From NCBI RefSeq assembly GCF_004353825.1, contig NZ_SMNA01000018.1:1-43250 (forward strand): DNA of 43,250 nucleotides, read 5' to 3'. The notes below the pieces were generated by a model. The model saw only the letters and a list, made by a program, of their open reading frames with translations. It was not told where the DNA came from and did not search any database. This stretch comes from Occultella glacieicola. GTDB taxonomy: Bacteria; Actinomycetota; Actinomycetes; Actinomycetales; Beutenbergiaceae. Position numbers and translations under genes: made by a program. Positions 1 through 9,336 of the stretch are shown here, piece by piece (the first letter of the stretch is position 1; every line of letters begins with the position of its first letter).

Positions 1-87
1 CCCGCGCCGCCCGCCCCCGCCCGTGCGCCAGCCCCGGCCGGCCCCGCAGCTCCCGCTCGCCGGCCCCCGCGCCGCAGGCGCTCGGGC

Positions 88-157
88 TGACCTAGTACCT
101 GTCGCGTTGAGATCGCCGATGTGGGGGTCCGATCTCGACACCGCAGGTCCTAGGTCA
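88..157. repeat. Long imperfect inverted repeat (REP-like palindrome or terminator)
   Basis: TGACCTAG(88-95)/CTAGGTCA(150-157), ACCTG/CAGGT and GTTGAGATCG(106-115)/CGATCTCGAC(130-139) form nested arms. Confidence 0.6.
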
Positions 158-258
158 ACGCGGTGACCCGCCGGCGCGGGCTGGCGGGGGAGGGGTGCCC
201 AGGTGCGGGTGAGGTGAAGCACTGTGGTTCGCGGGCGATTCGGGGTGACAATGGCGAC

Positions 259-660
259 ATGTACAAGGTGACGAAGTCCGAGGACGAATGGCGCGACGAG
301 CTCAGCCCGCAGGAGTACCAGGTGCTGCGCCAGGCCGGGACCGAGCGCCCCGGCACCGGTGAGCTCCTGAACGAGGAGCGCATCGGCGTCTACCACTGTC
401 GCGCGTGCGGCGCGGAACTCTTCCGCAGCGAGACCAAGTTCGAGGCGCACTGCGGCTGGCCCAGCTTCTACCAGCCGAACGAGTCCGACGCCGTCGAACT
501 CATCGAGGACCGCACCCTCGGCATGGTGCGCACCGAGGTGCGCTGCGCCAACTGCGGCTCCCACCTGGGGCACGTCTTCGACGACGCCCCGCAGACACCC
601 ACCGGGGACCGGTTCTGCATGAACTCGGTGTCGCTGACGTTCGAGCCCGCCCAGGGATGA
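259..660 (+). CDS. msrB: Peptide-methionine (R)-S-oxide reductase MsrB
   Basis: Motifs GTERP, CxxC twice (CRAC, CANC), CGWPSF, HLGHVF and RFCMNS. Start set at ATG 259, 6 nt after a GACAAT -10-like element. Confidence 0.95.
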   Translation: MYKVTKSEDEWRDELSPQEYQVLRQAGTERPGTGELLNEERIGVYHCRACGAELFRSETKFEAHCGWPSFYQPNESDAVELIEDRTLGMVRTEVRCANCGSHLGHVFDDAPQTPTGDRFCMNSVSLTFEPAQG

Positions 661-1421
661 CCCCGTTGCGGATCCTGTCCTTCAACATCCAGAGAGGACT
701 GTCCGTCGCGGGTCGCCCCACCGGCGAGACCACGCTCGCGGCCGCGTTCGACGGCGTGAGCGCGGACGTCGTGGCGTTGCAGGAGGTGGACCGCGACCAG
801 CCCCGGTCCGGGCATCTCGACCAGGCCCGCGTGATCGCCACCGCCCTGGGACTGGAGCACGTGCGGTATGCGGCGGTGCTCGGTGGGGACGTCCGGCTCG
901 GCAAACGCGCCTCCGGCAGCCTCGGCGCGCGGACCGGGCCCGGGTATGGCCTGGCGATCCTGTCCCGGTACCCGATCACGGCCTGGTTCGCCCGGCGCCT
1001 GCCGCGGGTGCCGGTGGCGCTGCCGGGCTGGAAGAGCGGGCGCCCGATCGCCTGGCACGACGAACCCCGGGGTGCGATGGCTGCGGTGCTGGCGACCCCG
1101 GCCGGGCCGGTCGGGCTCTGTAACACCCATCTGTCCCAGGCGGGGCCGATGGCCGCGCTGCAGCTGACCCGGGTGCTCCGCTCGGTCGACTCGCTCCCTG
1201 GCGCCCACCTCGTGTGCGGCGACCTCAACCTCAACCATGGCACGGTCGCGCGGGTCGCGCCGGACTACCTTGCCGCCCGGGCCGACACGTTCCCTGCCGA
1301 CCGTCCCCGCCGCCAGATCGACCACACCCTGGTCCGGGGCGCCCGCATCGTCACGGCCGCCGCCACGCGGCCGCCGATCTCCGACCACCGGGCCCTCGAG
1401 GTGACCGTCGACCTCGGCTGA
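657..1421 (+). CDS. Endonuclease/exonuclease/phosphatase (EEP) family protein
   Basis: Motifs SFNI, DVVALQEVD, THL, GDLN, IDH and SDH. ATGA overlap with the msrB stop. Confidence 0.9.
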   Translation: MTPLRILSFNIQRGLSVAGRPTGETTLAAAFDGVSADVVALQEVDRDQPRSGHLDQARVIATALGLEHVRYAAVLGGDVRLGKRASGSLGARTGPGYGLAILSRYPITAWFARRLPRVPVALPGWKSGRPIAWHDEPRGAMAAVLATPAGPVGLCNTHLSQAGPMAALQLTRVLRSVDSLPGAHLVCGDLNLNHGTVARVAPDYLAARADTFPADRPRRQIDHTLVRGARIVTAAATRPPISDHRALEVTVDLG

Positions 1422-1538
1422 GTCCTCGACCGATCGGGCCACCGGCGCCCACCCGTCCCGGCAATGCGTCCGGGAGGCGGACCGCCGGGCGGGCCCCCCG
1501 GGGCGCGCTGGCATCATGGACCGGATGAGCGGGCAGCG

Positions 1539-2417
1539 ATGAGACGAGTGGTGGATCGCACCCCGGCACCGCTGCTGTTCCTGATCGGCGGCTTCTCGCA
1601 GTACGTCGGCGCTGCCCTCGCGGTCGGCCTCTACCCGACGATGCCTCCGCACGCGGTCGCCTGGCTGCGCGCGGTCGTCGCCGGCGTCGTCCTCCTGCTC
1701 GTGGTGCGCCCGTGGCGCGCCGACTGGACCCGCCGCACGCTCATCCAGACCGGCGTGTTCGGCGTGGTGCTGCTCGGCATGAACATGCTGTTCTACGTCG
1801 CGATCGACCACCTCCCGCTCGGCGCCGCCGTGGCTGTGGAGTTCACCGGCCCCGTGGCCGTCGCTGCCTGGGGCGGACGCACCGCACGCTCGCGGATCGC
1901 GATCGGCCTGGCCTTGTTCGGGGTGCTGTCGATCAGCCTGATCGGCCTGGACTGGTCGGTGACCGGCTCGACGGCGGAACTCGTCATCGGTCTCGCGGCG
2001 GCACTTGCCGCCGGGGTGCTCTGGGCGGCCTACATGGTCATCGGGGGCCGCATCGTGCGGGCCCGGGACGGGCTCTCCTCCCTCGCGGTGGGTCTGGCGA
2101 TCGGTGCGGTCGCGTTCGCGCCGTTCTCGGCGCCGTTCGCCGGCGCGGTCCTGCGCCCGGAGATCCTCGTGATCGCGATCGCCGTCGGGGTGCTCTCCAG
2201 TGTGGTGCCGTACACCCTCGACCAGATCACCCTGAAGCGCCTCGGCACGGCCACGTTCGCGCTCATGAACGCGCTGCTGCCGGTCTCGGCGACCGTGATC
2301 GGGGTGATCGCGCTGGCTCAGCTGCCCACGGTCGGTGAGGTGGTCGGGGTGCTCGCGGTGAGCGCTGCGGTGTGGATCTCCGGCAGCGGCAGAAGGCCCA
2401 CTGTCGAGCCGACCTGA
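1539..2417 (+). CDS. EamA/RhtA-like DMT family transporter
   Basis: About 10 hydrophobic segments, with LPLGAAVAVEFTGP and LSSVVPYTLD motifs typical of RhtA-like proteins. Start approximate. Confidence 0.88.
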   Translation: MRRVVDRTPAPLLFLIGGFSQYVGAALAVGLYPTMPPHAVAWLRAVVAGVVLLLVVRPWRADWTRRTLIQTGVFGVVLLGMNMLFYVAIDHLPLGAAVAVEFTGPVAVAAWGGRTARSRIAIGLALFGVLSISLIGLDWSVTGSTAELVIGLAAALAAGVLWAAYMVIGGRIVRARDGLSSLAVGLAIGAVAFAPFSAPFAGAVLRPEILVIAIAVGVLSSVVPYTLDQITLKRLGTATFALMNALLPVSATVIGVIALAQLPTVGEVVGVLAVSAAVWISGSGRRPTVEPT

Positions 2418-2420
2418 CCC

Positions 2421-2460
2421 TGCCCGACCCTGCCCGAACCTGCCCGAACCTGCCCGAACC
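2421..2460. repeat. 10-bp tandem repeat TGCCCGA(A/C)CC x4
   Basis: Read directly from the sequence just after the EamA stop codon. Confidence 0.9.
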
Positions 2461-2569
2461 GGACCGGCCCGCGACGTGCTTCAACAGGCGCGAGGGGACC
2501 GTCTGTGCCACGCTTTCGAGCGCAGCCACCGCTGCGAATGTCTGTTCGAGACTGGATCGAGGTTCAGCA

Positions 2570-2854
2570 ATGGGTGAGATCATCGGTGTCATCGTCTTCG
2601 GTGCCGTCATCGGCGTCATCGCACGCCTCGTGCGGCCGGGACCGCAGAAGATCGGCATGCTCTGGACGGTCATCATCGGGATCGCCGGTGCCCTGATCGG
2701 TTACCTGATCTCGGGTTGGCTCGGCGTCCAGGACACCGACGGCATCGACTGGATCCGCTGGGTCATCTCCATCGTTGCCGCCGTCATCCTGCTCGGTGTC
2801 TACCTGGGGCTGACCGCGAAGAAGGGCACGGGCGGCAGCTCCGTCCGGAAGTGA
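2570..2854 (+). CDS. GlsB/YeaQ/YmgE (transglycosylase-associated) membrane protein
   Basis: 94 aa, three TM helices, pattern GAVIGVIARLVRPG...TVIIGIAGALIG. Confidence 0.88.
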   Translation: MGEIIGVIVFGAVIGVIARLVRPGPQKIGMLWTVIIGIAGALIGYLISGWLGVQDTDGIDWIRWVISIVAAVILLGVYLGLTAKKGTGGSSVRK

Positions 2855-2990
2855 ACGCCCGGCACGGCGCAGGCTCCTGCGGACGTGCCGACCGAGGGTC
2901 CGGTGGCCGAACGGCCGCCGGGCCCTCGCCGCGTCCGGCACGGCTGCGGCGCCGGTGGGACGGGGCCCGCGGGTCTGGGAGAGTAGGCCC

Positions 2991-3776
2991 ATGGAGCTGA
3001 TCATCGCGCCGGACTCCCGGGCCATCGCCACCATCGTCGCCGACGCGATCGGCGCACTGCTGCGCCGCCGGGCCGATGCCGTCCTCGGCGTCGCCACCGG
3101 CTCCTCACCGCTGGCGATCTACGACGAACTGGCCGCCCGGCACGCAGCCGGCGAGGTCTCCTTCGCACGGGCGCGGGCGTTCATGCTGGACGAGTACGTG
3201 GGCCTGGCCACCGAGCACCCGCAGCGGTACCGGAACGTGATCGAGGCCGAGTTCGCGGGCCGGGTGGACATCGACCCCGCGAACGTGTCCGGCCCCGACG
3301 GGCTGGCCGACGACATCCCCGCGGCGTGCGCCGCCTACGAGCAGGCGATCGTCGACGCCGGTGGCGTGGACCTGCAGATCCTCGGGATCGGCACCGACGG
3401 GCACATCGCGTTCAACGAGCCCGGCTCCTCGCTCGCCTCCCGGACCCGGATCAAGACCCTCACCATGCAGACCCGCCAGGACAACGCCCGGTTCTTCGAC
3501 GACGACGTCGACCAAGTGCCCACGCACTGTCTGACCCAGGGCCTGGCCACCATCATGGATGCACGGCACCTGGTGCTCGTGGCCACCGGCCTGAGCAAGG
3601 CGGAGGCGGTGCACCACATGGTCGAGGGGAGCGTCAGCGCGATGTGGCCGGCCACCATCCTGCAACACCATCCGCACGTGACCGTGCTCGTGGACGAGGC
3701 GGCGGCGTCCCGGCTGCAGCTCGCGGGCTACTTCCGCCAGACCTTCGAGTCGAAGCCGGCCTGGCAGGGCATCTGA
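2991..3776 (+). CDS. nagB: Glucosamine-6-phosphate deaminase
   Basis: Motifs VLGVATGSSP, LDEYVGL, ILGIGTDGHIAFNEPGSS and TQGLATI. Confidence 0.95.
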   Translation: MELIIAPDSRAIATIVADAIGALLRRRADAVLGVATGSSPLAIYDELAARHAAGEVSFARARAFMLDEYVGLATEHPQRYRNVIEAEFAGRVDIDPANVSGPDGLADDIPAACAAYEQAIVDAGGVDLQILGIGTDGHIAFNEPGSSLASRTRIKTLTMQTRQDNARFFDDDVDQVPTHCLTQGLATIMDARHLVLVATGLSKAEAVHHMVEGSVSAMWPATILQHHPHVTVLVDEAAASRLQLAGYFRQTFESKPAWQGI

Positions 3777-3872
3777 ACCGTCGGGCAAATCTGGCCGCGG
3801 CTCGGATCGGGCCGGGCCGCCGGACGGCTGCCGGCCGTGCGCCCCGCCCGACCGGGACCTGACCGGACCCCG

Positions 3873-4592
3873 TCAGCCGGGGGCGATGCTGAACCGGTTG
3901 CCGTCGGTGTCGGTCAGTTCGACGGCACCAACGGCACCACCGGTGCCGTCGGCATCGTCGACCCGGTGCGCACCCAGGGCGATCAGCCGCTCGACCTCGA
4001 CGGCGAGGGCGCCGTCGGCCACGACCAGGTCGAAGCGTTGGCGGTGGTTCCACGGCTGGGGCGTCAGCGGCGGACCACCCCAGGCGACCTTCGTGCCGCC
4101 GGTCGGCGCCTGGACCGCGGTCTCGGAGTCCCGGTCCCAGACGAGCGGCCACCGCAGGACCTCGGACCAGAACAGCCCGACCTCCCGGGTGCCCTCGCAG
4201 GCGATCTCGCCAAGGAAGCCGCAGCCGGCCAGGAACGCGTTGCCGGGCTCGATCACGCACAGCTCGTTGCCCTCGGGATCGGCCAGCACGATGTGTCCCT
4301 CCTCCGGCCGCTGGCCCACGTCGAGGTGACGGGCCCCGAGCCCGAGCAGACGGTCGACGGTGCCCTGCTGGTCGGCGGGGTCGTCGCTGGTCAGGTGCAG
4401 GTGGATCCGGTTCGGCGCGACCTTCTCGGCCGTGGTGGGCGAGAAGCGCAGGCCGACCTGGGTCTCGGTGCCGGGCAGCAGCGGCCCGCCGCTCTCGTCG
4501 AGGACGTCCCGCCCGAGAGCGGCCGCCCAGAAGGCAGCCACCCTGGCGGGCTCGCGGGCATCGAACGTCACGGACCGCAGTCGCAGTGCCAT
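3873..4592 (-). CDS. VOC/glyoxalase-like protein with two domains
   Basis: VTFDA..P..VAAFW, NRIHLHL and LADPEGNELCV, plus a second repeat ending LTDTDGNRF. Confidence 0.88.
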   Translation of the reverse strand: MALRLRSVTFDAREPARVAAFWAAALGRDVLDESGGPLLPGTETQVGLRFSPTTAEKVAPNRIHLHLTSDDPADQQGTVDRLLGLGARHLDVGQRPEEGHIVLADPEGNELCVIEPGNAFLAGCGFLGEIACEGTREVGLFWSEVLRWPLVWDRDSETAVQAPTGGTKVAWGGPPLTPQPWNHRQRFDLVVADGALAVEVERLIALGAHRVDDADGTGGAVGAVELTDTDGNRFSIAPG

Positions 4593-4676
4593 GCACCGCA
4601 CAGTAGGCGCGACCGGAGCGCCCCGGCCACCGGATTTCAGCAGCTGCCGGCGGCGCCGCGGGGACGGGCCGGGGCG

Positions 4677-5927
4677 TCAGGCGGTCCCGGACGAGGAGCG
4701 GGCACCGAGGAACGGCTCCAGGTCGTCCTCCCGGTCGAGCCAGGCGGCGAGGCCCTCGGCCTGCTCCGCCGGCGTGAGCAGCGACTCGGAGAACGCCTGC
4801 GCGACGGCGTCCGCGTGCGGGCCGGCGCCGACCACCAGGAACCGGGTGTGCGGCGGGTGGGCGTTCCAGCGCGAGGCCACCCCGACGCTCAGTTGCCGCC
4901 CGGCGCCGAGCACCCCACACACCGAGTCCGGCCGGTTCGGCACCCAGAACCGCCCGCGGACCACCCGCGGCCCGTTGATCAGGGCGTCGATGTGGGTGAG
5001 CAGGCGGCTCGGATGCACGGCCACGGGCGAGCGCAGGTCCAGGGTCCACACGCCCGACGGCGCCGGCTCGCCCGAGCGGTCGCCGTCGGGTCCGCCGGTG
5101 GCCCCGTCGCTGTCGGGTCCGCCGCCGGCCCGGCGGAGGTCCGCGCCCGGCCCGGGTTCCATGCTCAGCGGGTGCACCCGCCGTTCGGTGGCCAGGGTGG
5201 AGTGCGGGTGGCCGAGGACACCGCTGAGCCACGGCTCGTGCGCGTCCTCCCAGCGGGTGCTCTCGGGTGCGCGTAGGGCATCGAGCAGGTCGGAGCCGAG
5301 GTGGGCGCCGTGGGTGGCGTGTGTGGCCGGGCTGATCCCGACGCGGGGCGGCGGTGTGGTGCGTGCCGGGGTGGTGAGCAGGACCGCGTCCGCGATCGGC
5401 AGCTGGCCGAGCAGCACCTCGCCGACGGCGCGGTGGTCGCCGTGGGTGAGCATCAGGTCACGGTCGGCGAGGTCCTCCTCGCCGAGCAGGTCCGTGGCCA
5501 GCGTGTCCGGGTTCACCAGGCTCACGGTGGCGCCGAGCCGGATCCGGCTCAGGGCACCGCCGGGCGCGAGGTGCTGCGCCAGTCCCCGGACGGCCGGCAG
5601 CAGCTCGGCGGCGGCGGGCAGCGCGAGGATCATGCCGCCGTAGGACCCGGTCTCCGCGAGCCGGGCCAGCACCGGCACGGCGTCCTCCCGGACGGCGCAG
5701 GCAGGGCAGACATGGTCGAGATCCACGAACGTGTCCTCGAGGGCGGCGCCGGCGTGCAGGATCCGGCGGCGGAGGCGGTGGTTCACGAGGTCGTGGACCA
5801 CGGCGACCACGTCCGGGCGATCCACCAGAGCGACGCCGAGCGCGATCTCACGGTCGATGGGATCGACGCTCGCCAGCACGGTCACGGGTGTCCGCGGTGG
5901 CCCCTGCGGCTCGGCACGCTCACTCAT
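4677..5927 (-). CDS. CobW/COG0523-like protein (Rv0106/Mrf-like, degenerate P-loop)
   Basis: HVCPACAVREDAVP metal motif, D.RAVGEVLLGQL..AD and a CobW_C-like HPSRL...RGRFWVPNRPD segment. No intact GxxGxGKT. Confidence 0.75.
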   Translation of the reverse strand: MSERAEPQGPPRTPVTVLASVDPIDREIALGVALVDRPDVVAVVHDLVNHRLRRRILHAGAALEDTFVDLDHVCPACAVREDAVPVLARLAETGSYGGMILALPAAAELLPAVRGLAQHLAPGGALSRIRLGATVSLVNPDTLATDLLGEEDLADRDLMLTHGDHRAVGEVLLGQLPIADAVLLTTPARTTPPPRVGISPATHATHGAHLGSDLLDALRAPESTRWEDAHEPWLSGVLGHPHSTLATERRVHPLSMEPGPGADLRRAGGGPDSDGATGGPDGDRSGEPAPSGVWTLDLRSPVAVHPSRLLTHIDALINGPRVVRGRFWVPNRPDSVCGVLGAGRQLSVGVASRWNAHPPHTRFLVVGAGPHADAVAQAFSESLLTPAEQAEGLAAWLDREDDLEPFLGARSSSGTA

Positions 5928-5933
5928 GCTACC

Positions 5934-5952
5934 TAAGGATAGCCTTACCTGA
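5934..5952. promoter_or_regulatory. IdeR/DtxR iron box overlapping the promoter of the CobW-like gene
   Basis: TAAGGATAGCCTTACCTGA matches TWAGGTWAGSCTWACCTWA at 17/19 positions. It overlaps a minus-strand TTGATC-N16-TATCCT promoter. Confidence 0.75.
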
Positions 5953-5979
5953 GTGGAGATCAAGACAGGGTGAGCCGGG

Positions 5980-7563
5980 CTACCCGGGCCCGACGAGCAG
6001 GTCGGCCACGGCCCATCCGCTCGCGGCACCGGACCCGAACGTGGTCACCATCCGTGCCGGGCTCATCGCGAGCCGGCCCGGCCAGCCCAGGCGCACGACG
6101 ACGGCGTCCGGGCGCGCGGCCAGGACCGCGACCACCAGGTCCCGTTCCGCCGGGTGCACATGTGGCTGATCCAGGACGAGGACGAGTTCACCACCGACGG
6201 CCGCCGCGACGAGGTCCCCCGGGGCCGTGTCCCCGGCGCGCAGCGTGGTGACCGGGCGCCGCTCCGCGAGTGCGATCCCCACCGGGTCTGGCACGGCGCC
6301 CGCGGCCTCGTTACGACCTGCCCGGCCGTCGACGACCACCACGGTCGCACCCGCGGGCAGGCCCACGTCTCCCTGGACGTCGCAGGCACCGCGGGCCACG
6401 TCGATGGCGGACCGGTCGGTGATCGGCGCCGGGCCGGCCGCACCGGTCCGGGCCGTGCGCTGCTCCGCGACCCAGGCGCGCAGGGCCGCGATCCGCTCGG
6501 CCGCCGCTTCGAGCGACTCGGGGTCGAGGGTCCCGGCGTGCAGGGCCCCGGTGATGGCGCGGTGGGTCTGCGCGTACGTGCGCTCGTCGGGACGGGGGTC
6601 GGCGGCGGTGGCCGGGTAGACTCCGGCGTTGCCGAGGCAGAGCAGGTCCACCCCGGCACGCAGCGCGGCCACCGCGCCACCGCCGATCCCGAGGGTCGCG
6701 GAGATCGCCCGCATGTCCAGGGCGTCGGAGACGATCACCCCGCCGAAGCCCAGGCCGCGCAGCAGCGCCGTCGCTCGGGGGTTGACCGTGGCCGGCTCGG
6801 GACCCAGATGATCGACCACCAGGTGCGCGGTCAGCACCGCCCGTACGCCGGCGTCGATCGCGGCCCGGAACGGCGCCAGGTGGATCTCCTCGAGGTCGGC
6901 CACGGACGCCGACATCCGTGCCCCGCCGAGATGGGAGTCCGTCGCGGTGTCCCCGTGCCCGGGGAAGTGTTTCGCGCATGCGGCCGTGCCGGCGCCCTGG
7001 AGCCCGCGCACGTAGGCGGCGGTGTGCCGGGCGACGAGGTCCGCCTCGGCGCCGAACGACCGCACGCCGATCACCGGGTTGGCCGGGTTGCTGTTCACGT
7101 CGGCGACCGGGGCGAGGTCAACGCCGATGCCCCGCTCGGCCAGCTCGGTGCCGATCCGGGCGGCGACGGCGGCGGTCGCCGCGGGGTCGTCGTGGCGGCC
7201 GAGCACGGCGTGGCCCGGCACCGGGGAGCCGGCGCGGGCGTGCAGCCGGGTGACCGAGCCACCCTCCTCGTCGATGCCGACCACGGCGTCCGGACCACCG
7301 AGTTCGGCGACCAGACGCGCCGTCTGGTGCGGGTCGCCGTCGTCGATGTTGGTGGCGAACAGCACCGCGCCCGGGGCGCCGGCCTCGCGGGCGCCCAACA
7401 ACCACTCCGGGGCCGTGGTGCCCGCGAAGCCGGGCCAGAGGACGGCGTGTGCGAGTCGGTCGAGGGCGGGGTCGGTATGCCGCCTCGCGCCGCCGGGGCC
7501 ACCGGGACGGCGCCGGCGAGCACCGGTCCCGCCTGGGTCTGAGCTGGGCTCAAGCGTGCTCAT
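5980..7563 (-). CDS. Glycoside hydrolase family 3, beta-N-acetylhexosaminidase (NagZ-like)
   Basis: Motifs IDEEGG, APVADVNSNP.NPVIGVRSFG, KHFPGHGDTATDSH (NagZ signature) and VSDALDM. Confidence 0.92.
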   Translation of the reverse strand: MSTLEPSSDPGGTGARRRRPGGPGGARRHTDPALDRLAHAVLWPGFAGTTAPEWLLGAREAGAPGAVLFATNIDDGDPHQTARLVAELGGPDAVVGIDEEGGSVTRLHARAGSPVPGHAVLGRHDDPAATAAVAARIGTELAERGIGVDLAPVADVNSNPANPVIGVRSFGAEADLVARHTAAYVRGLQGAGTAACAKHFPGHGDTATDSHLGGARMSASVADLEEIHLAPFRAAIDAGVRAVLTAHLVVDHLGPEPATVNPRATALLRGLGFGGVIVSDALDMRAISATLGIGGGAVAALRAGVDLLCLGNAGVYPATAADPRPDERTYAQTHRAITGALHAGTLDPESLEAAAERIAALRAWVAEQRTARTGAAGPAPITDRSAIDVARGACDVQGDVGLPAGATVVVVDGRAGRNEAAGAVPDPVGIALAERRPVTTLRAGDTAPGDLVAAAVGGELVLVLDQPHVHPAERDLVVAVLAARPDAVVVRLGWPGRLAMSPARMVTTFGSGAASGWAVADLLVGPG

Positions 7564-7705
7564 GGGCTAGACCGTAGTGGTTCCGTCGACGAGACCCGGG
7601 ACGCGCACTCCATTGCGGTGGTTGATCGGTTCTGGACCGAGCTCATGGCGAGGAATGCGCCGACGTGCCTGTGCAGGGCGGGTGGGCTGTGCGAGTATTC
7701 GCGCC

Positions 7706-8644
7706 ATGCCCATCCGCGTGAACGCCGACAACTTCACCCGTGCGGAGACCGATCGGATGTTCCACGACCTGCAGCGGAATGCTGGGGGGATCAACCGCTT
7801 CCTCCACAACCGGGAACCGGCCGCAATCGAGAATCAGACGGTGATCCGCCTGAACCGGGACACGCTGTACAGCTTCGCCGTGGTGGACGTTACTCAGGGC
7901 GCGACCCTCGAGATTCCCGAGCACGGTGACAGGTACCTGTCGGCGATGGTGGTCAACGAGGACCACTTCGTCACCTCGATCCTCCACGACGCCGGTGTTC
8001 ACGACCTCCCTGCGGGCCGGTTCGGCACCCCGTACGTCGTGATCGCCGTGCGCATCCTTGTGGATCCCTCGGACTCGGCGGACGTCGCTGCCGTTGCCTC
8101 GATCCAGGACGAGATCGCCTTGACCAGCAACGCGGCGACGCCGCTGGCGTACCCGGACTACGACACGACCTCCTTCGACGAGACCCGTGACGCCCTGCTC
8201 TCCCTCGCTCGCAACCTCGCTGGGTTCGATCACATGTTCGGTGCCGCGGACGAGGTCGAGCCGGTTCGGCACCTGATCGGCACCGCGGCGGGCTGGGGTG
8301 GGTTACCCACCAGCGAAGCCGCCTACATCGGCGTCGATCCGCGACTGCCCATCGGCACCTACGAACTCACGATCGGCGAGGTCCCCGTCGACGGATTCTG
8401 GTCGATCTCCGTCTACAACGCGCAGGGCTTCTTCGAACCGAACGACCGGGGCGCCTACACGGTGAACAACATCACCGGTGTCCCGAACGAGGACGGCACG
8501 ATCACGGTCCGGTTCGGTGACTACCCCGCGGAAGTTCCCAACGCGATCCCGATCACGGAGGGCTGGAACTATCTGGTTCGTCTCTACCGTCCCCGCGCCG
8601 AGGTTGTCGACGGTGACTGGCAGTTCCCGACGCTCAGCGACTGA
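7706..8644 (+). CDS. DUF1254/DUF1214 domain protein
   Basis: VIRLNRDTLYS, GTAAGWGGLP, VPVDGFWSISVYN and WNYLVRLYRP. More A/T-ending codons than neighbours and one TTA codon (8303-8305). Confidence 0.85.
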   Translation: MPIRVNADNFTRAETDRMFHDLQRNAGGINRFLHNREPAAIENQTVIRLNRDTLYSFAVVDVTQGATLEIPEHGDRYLSAMVVNEDHFVTSILHDAGVHDLPAGRFGTPYVVIAVRILVDPSDSADVAAVASIQDEIALTSNAATPLAYPDYDTTSFDETRDALLSLARNLAGFDHMFGAADEVEPVRHLIGTAAGWGGLPTSEAAYIGVDPRLPIGTYELTIGEVPVDGFWSISVYNAQGFFEPNDRGAYTVNNITGVPNEDGTITVRFGDYPAEVPNAIPITEGWNYLVRLYRPRAEVVDGDWQFPTLSD

Positions 8645-8689
8645 CGCCGGACTCCCGAGCGCGGAACAGGCAGGCGAGCGCTGACGCCT

Positions 8690-8752
8690 GGCGTGACCCG
8701 ACACCGCAACCGCATGCGCGAGCCGTGCAAGCACCGGATCGGCGCTGGTCAT
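8690..8752 (-). pseudogene. Relic 5' fragment of a NagZ-like GH3 gene
   Basis: Translates MTSADPVLARLAHAVAVSGHA, against DPALDRLAHAVLWPGFA in the intact GH3 (11/17 identical). Its ATG is coupled by TGATG to the upstream gene. Confidence 0.65.
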
Positions 8753-9270
8753 CAGGTCTGACTCGCTGGCGCCGAACCCCACCGCACGACCCGCCGCGCG
8801 AGCTTGACCAGGACCGGACCCAGCGGCCGGGGCGGCACGTCGACGTAGCCGCCCGTGGCCAGGCCCGCGTCCCGCTCGAAGAAGCACCGCGAGGCGCGGT
8901 CGCCGGTCCGCAGCCACGACCAGCCCATCGACAGCAGGTACAGCGGGATGAACGGCAGCCCGAGGCAGGCCATCCACTGACGGCTGTGCCGTTCCTCGTG
9001 CTCGAGCAGGGTGGGGTTCCTGGACGTGAGTCTGTCCAGGTGGTGGCGGGTGATCACCACGTCGCCGACGGTGAACGCGCCGCCGGTGGGAAAGCGCCAC
9101 CGGTAGTGCTCGGCCAGGTACAGCAGCTGCGGCCCGCGGCGGACCCCCGCGCCGCCGGCCGTGGCGACCCCGAGGCCGAGGGCGGTGGAGAGGTTGACCC
9201 AGTTGGCGAGGTGCCGCAGCCGCGTCGACCGGCTCAGCCGGTCCGCCGGCGTGGGATCGAGAGTGTTCAT
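8752..9270 (-). CDS. Conserved hypothetical protein with HExxH zincin-like motif
   Basis: AFTVGDVV, LLEHEERHSRQW and FERDAGL..GGY. ATG 9270 lies 6 nt after TACGGT. Confidence 0.75.
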   Translation of the reverse strand: MNTLDPTPADRLSRSTRLRHLANWVNLSTALGLGVATAGGAGVRRGPQLLYLAEHYRWRFPTGGAFTVGDVVITRHHLDRLTSRNPTLLEHEERHSRQWMACLGLPFIPLYLLSMGWSWLRTGDRASRCFFERDAGLATGGYVDVPPRPLGPVLVKLARRVVRWGSAPASQT

Positions 9271-9336
9271 GCGCTGACCGTAGCGGCGCGAGATCGTGAC
9301 GGCAGCGCCCTGGGGGCGAACGGGTGCGGTGGTCGG

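Noticed and set aside
1..95. Possible 3' end of an upstream gene
   Set aside because: Low-complexity C/G-rich sequence; the frame and product cannot be determined.
2421..2460. Repeat run as a possible CRISPR array
   Set aside because: Contiguous 10-bp units with no spacers and no cas genes.
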